Part shown: one piece after another, positions 26,221 through 36,154 of the stretch
Numbering within the stretch: the first letter of the stretch is position 1
How the letters are laid out: each line of letters begins with the position of its first letter
IMG/VR virus record: IMGVR_UViG_3300037470_000325
Coordinates: 1 to 48,664 of that record
Length of the DNA: 48,664 nt
Source of the DNA: a virus
Lineage: Duplodnaviria > Caudoviricetes
Reading direction: 5' to 3' (one strand)
The notes under the pieces: generated by a model
The model's input: the letters and a program-made list of their open reading frames with translations, nothing else
What the model was told of the DNA's origin: nothing
The model's database searches: none
Made by a program: the position numbers and the translations under genes

Positions 26221-26748
26221 ATGTCAAAGAAGAGTAAGCCTATAACTATTAGAACAGAGATTATGCCCGAAGAGGGCAGAGAGCTTACTTTAAAGCAGAG
26301 ATATTTTTGTCAGTTGTATTGTACGGATAAGGATTTTTTCGCCAATGGGGTTAAGAGTTATATGAAGGCTTACGGTATGATGCCTACCGAGAGCAATTAC
26401 AATACTGCAAAGGCTCGAGCTAATAAATTGCTACAAAATACTACTTTATTGAGTTACTGCGACAAACTACTTGAACTCGAAGGTTTGAATGATGTTGAGG
26501 TGGATAAGCAGATGCAATTCTGGATCAAACAGAGAGCTTATCCAAGCGCTTCGGTGGCTGCGATCAAGGAATATAACAATTTACGCAAGAGAATCAACCG
26601 CTTTGCTGGCCTATCCGGTGGTGGTACAACCCACAATTGGTTTATAAGCATGGTTGATAACGCAGAGGACCGAGTGAAAGGCGAGGTGCATGATGTGCCT
26701 TATGAGGAATCCAAGGTAAAGAAACTTGCCGATGAACTTAAAGACTAG
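26221..26748 (+). CDS. terS: Terminase small subunit
   Basis: LTLKQRYFCQLY...KAYG...ANKLL HTH pattern; directly upstream of the large subunit. Confidence 0.75.
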   Translation: MSKKSKPITIRTEIMPEEGRELTLKQRYFCQLYCTDKDFFANGVKSYMKAYGMMPTESNYNTAKARANKLLQNTTLLSYCDKLLELEGLNDVEVDKQMQFWIKQRAYPSASVAAIKEYNNLRKRINRFAGLSGGGTTHNWFISMVDNAEDRVKGEVHDVPYEESKVKKLADELKD

Positions 26749-28384
26749 ATTTGATGAAACCCTCGGGAACAAGGAGTGGCGAATGTCACACCTTTATGAG
26801 TTCATCAACAAGGATGGCAAGAAGGCTGTCTTTCAGAGGAATGATGCGCAGAAGGACTTCAACAAGAATCGTTCCGATCGCAATATAGTTTTAAAAAGTC
26901 GTCAGCTTGGCTTCACTACAGACGAGGCACTTGATGCTCTCGATGATGTGCTTTTCATACCCAACTTCAAAGCCTTGATGCTTTCCTACGATATCGCATC
27001 ACAGCTTGATATTTTTGACTCCAAGATTCTTTATGCTTGGGAGAACCTGGTCGGGTGGTTCGAGGATAATGGCTGGCCTATGCAATGGAAGCCCGATACA
27101 CAGCGTGCCAATCAGCTTAAGCTACGCTTTCCGGATGACTCTCAGTCGCTTATTCTGGTCCGTACAAAGGGTCGGTCAGGTACTTTTAATCGTGTTCATG
27201 TGTCAGAGCTTGGTAAAATCGCTAAGCAGGACCCCAAGAAAGCCGCAGAGATTCTTTCCGGTACTATCCCTGCCGTGCCTATGGGTGGCCGTGTGGACAT
27301 AGAGTCTACCGCAGAGGGGGACTACGGCTTGTTTCACGATCTCTTTTGGGAGGCCTGGGATCGTGGTGAACCCGAGACTCCGGTTGACTACAAGGCACAT
27401 TTCTACAATTGGCAGTGGGATAAAGGTGAGATTTCTAAGATCACACAGGTTGCTAGTGATATGCCTCAGGAGTTCTTGGACTACCAAAAGAAGCACAATG
27501 AGCTTGCTTCTAAGGATTCACGCTATCAGAAGATTGACGATATACAGCTCACTTACTACTACTACAAGTGGGTTTCGCTTAATAAGCGCTGGGATGTTTT
27601 ACACCAAGAGTATCCTACAACTCCCGAAGAAGCCTTTGTTTCTTCCGGGTCCAAGCTGTTTTCTATTGAGAAGATTGGCCAAATGCCTGACGAAGAGGGC
27701 AAGAGGGTGGGTGATTGGATCTACTACAATGACTATGTACCCGGGCATCGTTATGCTCTTGCCGGTGATCCTGCCGAGGGAGTAGGGCGCAATAACTCCA
27801 CAGCTTCTTTGATAGACTTCGATCATACGGTGCAAATCACCACAAGTGAGGGAGAACTGTCGTTTAAGCGCCCCAAATTGGTGGCTGAATATGCTTCTTC
27901 GAGGATAAGTCCGGCTGACTTTGCCTTTGAACTGCGTAATGGTGGCCGTGCTTATGGCAATTGCATCATAGCTGTTGAGCGAAACTCATCAGGACTGGCC
28001 ACTATAACCAAGCTCAAGGACATATACGGAAACATCTACAAGGAAGAGCGCCCTGGCAAGTCTGAGCGCCAAATCACGAAGACCTATGGTTATCATACCA
28101 ACAAGGCCACGAAGCCTAAGATGTTGTGGGATCTGGACCACGCTATCAACCACGATGAGATACTCGTTACTTCAAAGCCTACCAAGCGCGAGCTCAAGTC
28201 TTATGACAAAGAGGACCTCGGGCAGATAACATTCGATGAAGATGCCCAGCACCATTGGGACAGAGTCATCTCATTGGCTATTTGTTACCAGATGGTGGAG
28301 CATGCATACCCTACTGACCTCGCAAAAGATATCCACACTCCGTTAGCTGTCGAAGATGAGCTTGATAGGTATGATGTGATATAA
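26732..28384 (+). CDS. terL: Terminase large subunit
   Basis: LKSRQLGFTT (Walker A), RSGT...VHVSE (Walker B), IESTAEG; nuclease motifs GDPAEG, VERN, WDRVISLAI. Confidence 0.93.
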   Translation: MNLKTRFDETLGNKEWRMSHLYEFINKDGKKAVFQRNDAQKDFNKNRSDRNIVLKSRQLGFTTDEALDALDDVLFIPNFKALMLSYDIASQLDIFDSKILYAWENLVGWFEDNGWPMQWKPDTQRANQLKLRFPDDSQSLILVRTKGRSGTFNRVHVSELGKIAKQDPKKAAEILSGTIPAVPMGGRVDIESTAEGDYGLFHDLFWEAWDRGEPETPVDYKAHFYNWQWDKGEISKITQVASDMPQEFLDYQKKHNELASKDSRYQKIDDIQLTYYYYKWVSLNKRWDVLHQEYPTTPEEAFVSSGSKLFSIEKIGQMPDEEGKRVGDWIYYNDYVPGHRYALAGDPAEGVGRNNSTASLIDFDHTVQITTSEGELSFKRPKLVAEYASSRISPADFAFELRNGGRAYGNCIIAVERNSSGLATITKLKDIYGNIYKEERPGKSERQITKTYGYHTNKATKPKMLWDLDHAINHDEILVTSKPTKRELKSYDKEDLGQITFDEDAQHHWDRVISLAICYQMVEHAYPTDLAKDIHTPLAVEDELDRYDVI

Positions 28385-28422
28385 TATTTGCAGACTTATT
28401 TTATATAAGGTAGAACAGTAGC

Positions 28423-28548
28423 ATGAAGACACATCTGTTCCACAACATCGACAAGATGCAGGAGTACTACGAGACTCCGCTCTATAGTTGGGGGAAGGCG
28501 GTCATAATGCTGTTGTTTATAGCATTATTGGCTCATCTTTTCTTCTAA
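28423..28548 (+). CDS. 41-aa protein with a C-terminal TM segment, inserted between terL and portal
   Basis: MKTHLFHNIDKMQEYYETPLYSWGKAVIMLLFIALLAHLFF. Its stop abuts the portal ATG. Confidence 0.5.
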   Translation: MKTHLFHNIDKMQEYYETPLYSWGKAVIMLLFIALLAHLFF

Positions 28549-30531
28549 ATGCCCCACAATACTGTAGTTCCTAACACCTTTGAGGAGTTCAAATCCCTTG
28601 CTGTAGCCGACCAGAAAGAAGGTGAACTGCAGGTCGAGAAGCCCGATTATACGCCAGAGGAAACTCTATACCTCTCCGGTATAAGAAATCTTCTGACACG
28701 CGCCAAAGACTCAAGGGATGTTCCCCATGAGATATTTGATGGTATGGACTATGTTACTAGGTGTAGGCAGAACCGCCGGTTGGCCAACACTTACATCCGT
28801 CCAAAGACCAACAGGGGCGAGACTGCGTTCTCTGCCGGTACCCCTAGGCGTAAGCTTATGGTTCAGATGGCTGCTTTGATCAACATGGTGCTTGGTCCTG
28901 ATATTACGGCTTATGATGAGAAGCTTAATCAGGTATCAGCATTCGGTGAAGCCATTGAGGATATCCTTGAGAAAGCCGAAGACCTTGAAGATGACACAGA
29001 GCGAAAGCTTTATAGGTGGTATCTACTCCTCTCTCAGGGGGAGGTTTTTGTTGAACGCCTTTGGGAGCAAGGCAAGGAGAAGGTCAAAACCTTTTCCGGA
29101 AAGCCTGGTAAGTTCCGAGGTGTCACTATAAATCAGCGTGTTAAGAAGGCTCTCGGTCGCTTGCGTACTGATATAATCGCCAACGAGAATGTCTATTTGG
29201 GTGATGTGACTATGTTTGATATGGAGGAGCAACCCTACCTCTTTACCAGGCAGGAGCGTCCTATCACAGCCCTTGAGCCTATCTTCGGGACCTTTGAGAT
29301 GTGGCCCTATGTTCAGAAGTCTTTGTCTTACTTTGATTCTAATGTGTCTACCAACTCGGAGTTTGATGCATACTGGGCGCTTTATAAGCCAAAGAAAGGC
29401 TTTGCCGAGGTCTTGAAGTATCAGTCCAAGCCACACAACGAGGTCCAGGTCTTTATAAACGGCATCCCAATGCTCCCTGTAGGCTTCCCTCTTACGGAGA
29501 TCTCCCCTGAGGGTACATACTCTATCCAGAAGCAAGTCTTTGAACCCATTGAAGGCTCGGCTTATGGTAAAGGCCTTATGCAGGTCCTAAAGCTTGCCGG
29601 ATCTCTTGAGGATGAGTTCTGGCGCTTGGCTATTCAGAAGACACAGCAGTCATTCAAGCCACCTACGGTCAACAACACAGGCAAGGTTCTATCCCCTGAT
29701 ATCTTCCTCCCGGGCAAGATGACCTACGGCCTTGACCCTGAAAAGCTCAAGCCTTTGATGGACAACCGAGGTGTTACGCAGAATGAGGCGGCTATTCTTA
29801 ATCTGGTTAAGGAGAACATCAACCAAAACTCCACGGATCCGCAGTTTGCCGGTCAACAGGCAAGTGGTGTGGACACAGCTACCGAGGCTTCGCTCTTGGC
29901 TCAACAGGCTGAGAAGATGTTCGGATACACTATGTTTGTCATCGCTCTCTTGGAGCAGAAGCTTGCTCGTATGGCCATTCCTCTAGTTCTTGAGCATTGG
30001 TTTGACCCTGTGGACTCCAAGATTGATGAGGTGCGCGGTGGCTTAAAGTCTATATATCGCTCTATCAGTGTGCCTAAGCCTTTGTTTGGTAAGGGTATGG
30101 GTTCCGAGGTGGTCCGGGTGGTTGATGATGAAACACAGCCAAAGCCGTTTGATATCTTTAAGGAGCAGGTGAGCACATTCAAGAATACCGGTGTACCTAC
30201 TAGGATCATCACTTTGAACCGAGATGTTATTAAAGCAGCACGCTGGACTTGGCGTGTCAGGGTTGTGCCTAAGCCACGAAGGAGCTCAAACCTACAGAAG
30301 CTTATGTTCACAGAGAAGGTCAACCTATTCGCTATGTCGCCTAACTTCAACATGGATTGGTTTGAGGAGAAAGCCGCGCTCATACACGATGAGAACCCAC
30401 AGGAGGTCTTTTCAAGGTCAGGCGTAGCCCCAGGAGTAACCCCACCAGCCGGAAACAAGGAGATGAACGCCGCCAATTTCGTGAATCAAGACCAGAAACC
30501 ATCAGTTAACCGGGTAGCCAATGAGGCTTAA
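28549..30531 (+). CDS. Portal protein
   Basis: 660 aa after terL; YGKGL and TATE motifs as in P22/T7-like portals. Confidence 0.8.
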   Translation: MPHNTVVPNTFEEFKSLAVADQKEGELQVEKPDYTPEETLYLSGIRNLLTRAKDSRDVPHEIFDGMDYVTRCRQNRRLANTYIRPKTNRGETAFSAGTPRRKLMVQMAALINMVLGPDITAYDEKLNQVSAFGEAIEDILEKAEDLEDDTERKLYRWYLLLSQGEVFVERLWEQGKEKVKTFSGKPGKFRGVTINQRVKKALGRLRTDIIANENVYLGDVTMFDMEEQPYLFTRQERPITALEPIFGTFEMWPYVQKSLSYFDSNVSTNSEFDAYWALYKPKKGFAEVLKYQSKPHNEVQVFINGIPMLPVGFPLTEISPEGTYSIQKQVFEPIEGSAYGKGLMQVLKLAGSLEDEFWRLAIQKTQQSFKPPTVNNTGKVLSPDIFLPGKMTYGLDPEKLKPLMDNRGVTQNEAAILNLVKENINQNSTDPQFAGQQASGVDTATEASLLAQQAEKMFGYTMFVIALLEQKLARMAIPLVLEHWFDPVDSKIDEVRGGLKSIYRSISVPKPLFGKGMGSEVVRVVDDETQPKPFDIFKEQVSTFKNTGVPTRIITLNRDVIKAARWTWRVRVVPKPRRSSNLQKLMFTEKVNLFAMSPNFNMDWFEEKAALIHDENPQEVFSRSGVAPGVTPPAGNKEMNAANFVNQDQKPSVNRVANEA

Positions 30532-30967
30532 AGAATATGTAAACAATGTCTGGTGCGCTCTTAAAGGAGAGGCACCTGTTAAAGTTGTCAAAGTGCCTGA
30601 CCTTAACTTAACCCGTCATGCGCTTGGGTCGATATCAACCGAGGACATTGTTTATATGGAGAAGCTCGACCAGGAGGAGCTTTTGAACCACGAGGCGGAG
30701 ATGGCCACAATAGTCCACAACAATGCGTTCAAGAGAGAGATTGCCGCGATGAAGTACACGCAGATTATGTGGATGGCCAAGGAAGCTGATGGTGATAGGC
30801 AACACCTGTTCGGCAAGGGTACATTAAACGGTATCTCGCTTGTTGAGGAAGGCTTTAGAACGCTTGCCTCAAGACATAGTGGGAGAATAGCGAATCAAAA
30901 TGAAAAGGGAACTTTTGGAAGCGATGTGGGGGAACCTATTGGATCTGACGAAGAAAGCACCGATTAG
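30521..30967 (+). CDS. Hypothetical protein (head module)
   Basis: 148 aa, overlaps the portal stop. Confidence 0.55.
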   Translation: MRLKEYVNNVWCALKGEAPVKVVKVPDLNLTRHALGSISTEDIVYMEKLDQEELLNHEAEMATIVHNNAFKREIAAMKYTQIMWMAKEADGDRQHLFGKGTLNGISLVEEGFRTLASRHSGRIANQNEKGTFGSDVGEPIGSDEESTD

Positions 30968-31106
30968 GGTTGCTCACTTCTTCAGAGGTTGTCCTAAGCA
31001 ATATCTGGCTGGAGGTGAGAAGATGCAGGTATGCACCAAGTGTTATAGGTTTCATTTCCCTACCCGAGATATTAAAAGGAGATTTAGAAAATTAACCAGA
31101 TAATTT

Positions 31107-31721
31107 ATGCCTGATTTAGAGAAACAAACAATCAAGGACGAGGATGGCAACGAACGCACGGTCTACGATGCCGAGCAAGTCGAGGCGGTTGTTGCCGAGA
31201 AGGAGACAGCTTTCACTACTGAGAAAGAGGAATTAGAGGCTAAGGTCAAGGAGTTTGAGGAACAGATGTCCGGGGACGATAAGGATAAGGACTTCAAAGA
31301 GCTTCGCAAAGCCAAAGACGAGGCTGAGAAGAAGATTCAAGAGCTTGAGACTAGCTTCAATAAAGAGATAACCGAGCTCAAGAGCGCCCCGGTTAAGCAA
31401 CACAGGGACCAAATGCTCGACACTTATGCCGGTAAGGATGAGGACTTTAAGAAGAAGATGGAGTCTGTCCTTACAAACGAGCTTAAGAATATGCCCGAGA
31501 GCACCAAGGAGGAGGTGGATGCCAAGCTTCGCTCCGCTTTCAAGCTTGCTGCTGATGTAGGAGACGATGGCCGTATAGATGCTTCTATCTTTTCAAGTGC
31601 CGCTCCGGCTTCAACTATCAAATCCACAGCCATCAAGGACGATGTTAAGGATATGGGAAGCAAGAAGTTCGGGCTAAGTGAGGAGGATTATAAGAACGCC
31701 CAGGATGCAGGGTTAATTTAA
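31107..31721 (+). CDS. Putative scaffolding protein
   Basis: E/K-rich coiled coil with a FGLSEEDY C-terminal motif; lies between portal and capsid genes. Confidence 0.6.
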   Translation: MPDLEKQTIKDEDGNERTVYDAEQVEAVVAEKETAFTTEKEELEAKVKEFEEQMSGDDKDKDFKELRKAKDEAEKKIQELETSFNKEITELKSAPVKQHRDQMLDTYAGKDEDFKKKMESVLTNELKNMPESTKEEVDAKLRSAFKLAADVGDDGRIDASIFSSAAPASTIKSTAIKDDVKDMGSKKFGLSEEDYKNAQDAGLI

Positions 31722-31726
31722 GACAT

Positions 31727-32335
31727 ATGAACATACCAGAAGAGAACAACGAAGAGGTAAAACAAACAGGCCCAAATGACAAAGAGGAGGTCACCCTAAC
31801 CCGGGAAGAGCTCCGTGCTGTCATTGAGGAGGTCACAAAGTCTGATCGTGAGAAGCTTCAGGGGGAGATTAGAGCCCTGCAAGACGATAAGAATATGCTC
31901 CTTGAGGTGGCTGATGAGAAGCGCCTATCCAAGTTCTACGAGAAGAACCGCGCCAAGATAGGCCATCATGTTACAGTTGGGGTTATTGAGGATCGTATTA
32001 TCCTGGGCTGGGAGATGGCTGAGGATACCGTTAGGAAGAACTTAAACACCGGACACTACACCGAGAAGCAAATCATCAGGCTCAAATCTGCTGCGGATCC
32101 CGAGAGCGGTAAGGTAACGGAGACCAATCTGGACTACCCGGACTTCATCTCTGCTATTTCATCAGGCACGATTGAAAGGCTTAAGGCTAAGATTACCGAC
32201 AAGGTTTACAAGGACGATGAGCTTGGCAAAGGAGTAAAGGGAGTGAAGATCACATACAAGGTTAAGGTCGATCAACCGGGCCACAAGCTTGATGGAAAAG
32301 AGTTCCAGATAGCGGCTGAGTACGTCAATTTTTAG
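31727..32335 (+). CDS. Hypothetical protein
   Basis: 202-aa ORF in the operon. Confidence 0.55.
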   Translation: MNIPEENNEEVKQTGPNDKEEVTLTREELRAVIEEVTKSDREKLQGEIRALQDDKNMLLEVADEKRLSKFYEKNRAKIGHHVTVGVIEDRIILGWEMAEDTVRKNLNTGHYTEKQIIRLKSAADPESGKVTETNLDYPDFISAISSGTIERLKAKITDKVYKDDELGKGVKGVKITYKVKVDQPGHKLDGKEFQIAAEYVNF

Positions 32336-32353
32336 AAGGTTAATTTAATCATC

Positions 32354-32620
32354 ATGGCTACAGTATCAGAAATCAAAAAGGCTTTGGATGCTCTAGGAGT
32401 AAAGTATGAGCCTAAGGCGCTCAAGGCTGACCTGGAGAAGAAGCTTGCACGCGCAGAGAAGAAGGCGGCCAAAGAGGCCACTGTTAAACTTCCTCGTTTT
32501 GAGGGAGGGCAAGTGCTTAAGGTTCTATCCGCAGGTCACACCAAGACTCACTTTCATTGTCAGGTGCAGGACGGACCACAGAAGGTCACCAAGCACGTTC
32601 CTAGGGATTTATTCGTTTAG
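32354..32620 (+). CDS. HeH/LEM-like domain protein
   Basis: TVSEIKKALDALGVKYEPKALKADLEKKL. Confidence 0.6.
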   Translation: MATVSEIKKALDALGVKYEPKALKADLEKKLARAEKKAAKEATVKLPRFEGGQVLKVLSAGHTKTHFHCQVQDGPQKVTKHVPRDLFV

Positions 32621-32638
32621 AGATAACTTGCCAACAAA

Positions 32639-33106
32639 ATGTATCTAGGAGATAAGAAAATCAAATCGTACGAGAAGAAGGACGGTCAGGTTAAGGTCCT
32701 GTTTGAGGACGGCACGGAGGGCAACTATCCGGAAAGGATGTACAACGCCATGCTCTCCGCAGAACCCTCCACCGCAAGCGATATTGAGGATAAGCGAGTG
32801 TTTGAGGCTACAAAGGATATTGTCACGATACTTCTGATGCTCGACATGAAATCAGGAGAGGTTGATAAGGTCTTTCAGATGGTTACAAATAACTTTAACT
32901 TCAAGCTTGAAACGGCCACTGCTTGGCTCTGGACGGAGTACATGGGCAATAAGGTGCCCTTTGCCACCAACAAGAACATTCATCCGGCTCAGGCATTAAA
33001 CGACAGGACTATAAATGATATCGATCGTGTCATCAAATCATTCTCACAAAAAGGCGGTGCTTCTATCACAGAAGGAGATGCTCCTAGTGATAGCCCTAAG
33101 GACTAA
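32639..33106 (+). CDS. Hypothetical protein
   Basis: 155-aa ORF in the operon. Confidence 0.55.
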   Translation: MYLGDKKIKSYEKKDGQVKVLFEDGTEGNYPERMYNAMLSAEPSTASDIEDKRVFEATKDIVTILLMLDMKSGEVDKVFQMVTNNFNFKLETATAWLWTEYMGNKVPFATNKNIHPAQALNDRTINDIDRVIKSFSQKGGASITEGDAPSDSPKD

Positions 33107-33236
33107 GTTCCGTTTTGGGGATGTAGTCATTAAGATGCGCGATGGGGTACCACAGCACATCAAGATGGCTTGGATTAATGATTCCCTTGAGGGGGAAGAT
33201 ATCCACAATAGTATTGAGTTTCTCGATAGTGTATAA
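33015..33236 (+). CDS. Small DUF2292/YezD-like protein
   Basis: LRTKFRFGDVVIKMRDGVPQHI pattern; start codon uncertain. Confidence 0.45.
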   Translation: MISIVSSNHSHKKAVLLSQKEMLLVIALRTKFRFGDVVIKMRDGVPQHIKMAWINDSLEGEDIHNSIEFLDSV

Positions 33237-33269
33237 TATCGGCAGATAACACGCTTTCTGTGTTCCAGT

Positions 33270-33337
33270 GGCGCACTATGTGTCTTGTAGGGCTTCTCGT
33301 AATGGGAGGTCGTCCAAGGCGCATAGTGCGCCTTTTT
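33270..33337 (+). terminator. Long hairpin plus U-tract in the capsid-gene leader (terminator/attenuator)
   Basis: 18-bp stem 33270-33287/33315-33332 (two U-G pairs), inner stem GGCTTCTC/GGGAGGTC, then TTTTT. Confidence 0.65.
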
Positions 33338-33486
33338 GTTGGCATAGGGGGTTGGGCGGACTCGACCTGCGCCTAACCTCCCATGTTCGCAAGAACATTA
33401 GGGTTTAGCACTTTTCCGTAAAAAGGCACTTGTCATCCCGGCCAGGCGTATGGCGACAAGGATTATTAGACCTAATCATAATCATT

Positions 33487-33921
33487 ATGTTTAGACGAAA
33501 AGCAGGTAGGACGAAGCTTATTGAGTTGCCAAAGGCCAACTCAGTTGCCATCTCAAATGGTGAGTGGCTTAAACTGACTGGTACAGGCAGGGTTACACCA
33601 GCCGTTGGTGACACCAATGAATTGCTTATTGGTGTTTCCAGGGATTCATATGCTTCCGATACTACAGCCGAGGCTGTTTCAATCGAAGTTCCTCTCGAGC
33701 TTATGGTTGAATGGGAATTTGACACAGACTCAGATGGTGGCTTGACTGACACACACGTTGGGGCATTTCTTGACCTCGACACTTTGGGAGCAAACGTAGA
33801 TGTTTCAAGCTCTGTCCAGGACACTATTCTAGTTGTTCGAAGGATCAGCGCTACCAAGGGAGTTGGTGTTCTTGCGCGCGGTGCGGCCTTCAATTATGGT
33901 CCCGCAGCAGTAACTACCTAA
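33487..33921 (+). CDS. Putative capsid decoration/cement protein
   Basis: 144 aa, beta-rich, immediately before the major capsid gene. Start taken at ATG 33487. Confidence 0.6.
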   Translation: MFRRKAGRTKLIELPKANSVAISNGEWLKLTGTGRVTPAVGDTNELLIGVSRDSYASDTTAEAVSIEVPLELMVEWEFDTDSDGGLTDTHVGAFLDLDTLGANVDVSSSVQDTILVVRRISATKGVGVLARGAAFNYGPAAVTT

Positions 33922-33998
33922 TTATTAATGACGCTCAGTATGTTTCCATGGACATATAGCAATGAAGATGGATACGGGGAGCATAACCTTTATAAATC

Positions 33999-35006
33999 AT
34001 GGAACTAAATACAATCGGGTTCAATGACTTCGTGAAGCTTGGGACAGTTATCTGGCTCAAAGGCTTCAAGAGCGTTCAGAACTTCGCACGTGAGTCCGGA
34101 ATTTTCCGAACTATGAGTATTTCGGAAAATTCCGGCAATACACGCGAGTTCAGCTCAATCGAGTCAAACGAGTACCTCTCATACAAAGCAGAGGGGGATC
34201 AGGCCAAAAGAGGCAAGGTCCAACAGGGTTACACCAAGACGATGACCAAGTACCGAGTCGGAGAGAACATTGGTATAACCTATGAGATGAGGACAGAGAA
34301 CAAGTATCCGGAAGTTGTTAATGAACTTCTGAATGGTGGTAGGAAAGGTCCTAACACTATCGACTTGGATCTTTCTCACAGGATTACTTTCGGTACAGCA
34401 ACATCCTATACAGACCGCGATGGACGATCCATCGATGTTTCTACAGGAGACGCGCTTTCTTTGTTCAGTACAGCCCACCTTTTGAGAGGTACTTCTACAA
34501 CCTACCGAAACAGGCTTGCTGGAAACCCACAGCTCTCACGCGGAGCTTTGGAAGGTCTTGAGCAACTAGTCGTTGAACAGACCTTGAATCAGTTCGGAGA
34601 GAAGATGTCAGCACCGTTTGATATCCTTTGGACGACTGATGACCCTAACACCATCAACACAGCTCTTGAGCACCTACGATCTGTAGCTGCCCCTGATGCT
34701 GCGCATTCAGGTGTTACCAACGTCTACAAGATGAAATATCGCCACATTGTGCTTCCTCGCGTTGCCACAAATGCCGATGGTTCAGTAGACTCCACTAAAA
34801 GACGATACTTCGGTATTGCTTCCTCCGTTCTATCTTCGGCTTATCTCGGAGTATGGGAAGAGCCGCACTTTGTTCCTGCATCTTCAGGTTCAAACGCAGA
34901 AGACGTACAGACTGACGACTGGGATTTCCGAGTTCGCGCAGGGTACGGCATCTGTGTCGTTGATGGTAAGTGGAACAAATTCAGTAGTGGTACAGATGAA
35001 GCATGA
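33999..35006 (+). CDS. Major capsid protein (Mu gpT-like/HK97 fold)
   Basis: 335 aa; KAEG, ITYEM, D.LSLFSTAH, C-terminal RAGYG. Position fits. Confidence 0.85.
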   Translation: MELNTIGFNDFVKLGTVIWLKGFKSVQNFARESGIFRTMSISENSGNTREFSSIESNEYLSYKAEGDQAKRGKVQQGYTKTMTKYRVGENIGITYEMRTENKYPEVVNELLNGGRKGPNTIDLDLSHRITFGTATSYTDRDGRSIDVSTGDALSLFSTAHLLRGTSTTYRNRLAGNPQLSRGALEGLEQLVVEQTLNQFGEKMSAPFDILWTTDDPNTINTALEHLRSVAAPDAAHSGVTNVYKMKYRHIVLPRVATNADGSVDSTKRRYFGIASSVLSSAYLGVWEEPHFVPASSGSNAEDVQTDDWDFRVRAGYGICVVDGKWNKFSSGTDEA

Positions 35007-35033
35007 TTTTATACTCTTGTCAAGAGTATAAAA
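35007..35033. repeat. Perfect 13-bp inverted repeat immediately after the capsid stop
   Basis: TTTTATACTCTTG-T-CAAGAGTATAAAA. Confidence 0.8.
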
Positions 35034-35139
35034 GACGATGGGGTGTTTATTAATTACTAGCTAAGGTTTTCTGTCTATGTCTGGGGTCAAAGACTCCAAA
35101 ATAGGACGGTGGTGGGGCAGATAAACCATTAAAATTGTT

Positions 35140-36072
35140 ATGAACTATAACTTAAACTCAGGATACGGAGCAGCACAGGCGGCAGGATTGCCGTTTGCTG
35201 GATCCGGAAAGGTCTTCATCGTAGGGGATTCTGGTACAAAGAATCTCTCTATGCTTAAGGACCTATTCGGGGCCGACCCTGATGGTAAGATCCGCTTCTA
35301 CAGCACGATCCAAGCCGCTATTGATGCTTGTACTGCTGATGCTGGGGACTTTATCATCGTCCTACCCGGACACACCGAAACGGTTACAGCCGCCGGTGGT
35401 CTTGATGTTGATGTCGCAGGAATAACTATCTTGGGACTCGGCAATGGGCAAGCTAGGCCAACCATCAACTTCACTACAGCTACTTCAGCTGATGTGGATA
35501 TTGATGCCGCCAATGTGACCATTGAAAACATCATCTTTGACCTTACGGGAGTGGATGCTGTTGCGGTAGGAATTGACGTTAACGCTTCAGACTTCACACT
35601 CAGAAGGTGTCGCGTTGTTATGGGTGACTCTGATGGACAGGCCGTTCTTGGTCTTTTGTCAGACACCAATATTGACCGCGTAACCGTTGATGATTGTGAA
35701 TTCCTCGGTGATACGATTGCCGGTCCGGCAGCCGCTATCAGGCTTATTGGAGGTGTAGAACACGTCATTCGTGGCAACAGGATTCAAGGTTCCTTTTCAC
35801 AGGCTCCTTTGGCCCTCGTCACTACGGCTCCACTTCGTGTTCTTATCGAACACAACCACCTACAGAACGATGTTGCTTCAGGTACTGCTGCCATTCAGGC
35901 GGTAGCCGGTGCAACAGGAGCTGTCAGGTACAACACCATGCATCACACTACTTCTGATCTTGGAGGTTGGATCAATACCCCGGGCAATCTTGTTTCTTTT
36001 GAAAACTACGGCACAAACGCTGTGGGAGAGACAGGCGCTCTGGATATTACGGGTGCGGTTTCAGTCACCTAA
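35140..36072 (+). CDS. Right-handed beta-helix (pectate-lyase-like) virion protein
   Basis: TIQAAIDAC...GDFIIVLPG cap followed by VTIENIIFD/VIRGNRIQ-type coils. Confidence 0.7.
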   Translation: MNYNLNSGYGAAQAAGLPFAGSGKVFIVGDSGTKNLSMLKDLFGADPDGKIRFYSTIQAAIDACTADAGDFIIVLPGHTETVTAAGGLDVDVAGITILGLGNGQARPTINFTTATSADVDIDAANVTIENIIFDLTGVDAVAVGIDVNASDFTLRRCRVVMGDSDGQAVLGLLSDTNIDRVTVDDCEFLGDTIAGPAAAIRLIGGVEHVIRGNRIQGSFSQAPLALVTTAPLRVLIEHNHLQNDVASGTAAIQAVAGATGAVRYNTMHHTTSDLGGWINTPGNLVSFENYGTNAVGETGALDITGAVSVT

Positions 36073-36154
36073 TTACAAGCCCCTCTTGGGGCTTGTTGGG
36101 GAGAGGCTTGATCTCTCTCCAACCGGCCTCGAGAGATAACTAATCAAGCTAGTT

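Noticed and set aside
28362-28385. Fifth copy of the promoter palindrome (GATAGGTATG)
   Set aside because: It is only a partial match within the terL coding end, and its spacing to TATAAT differs from the other copies.
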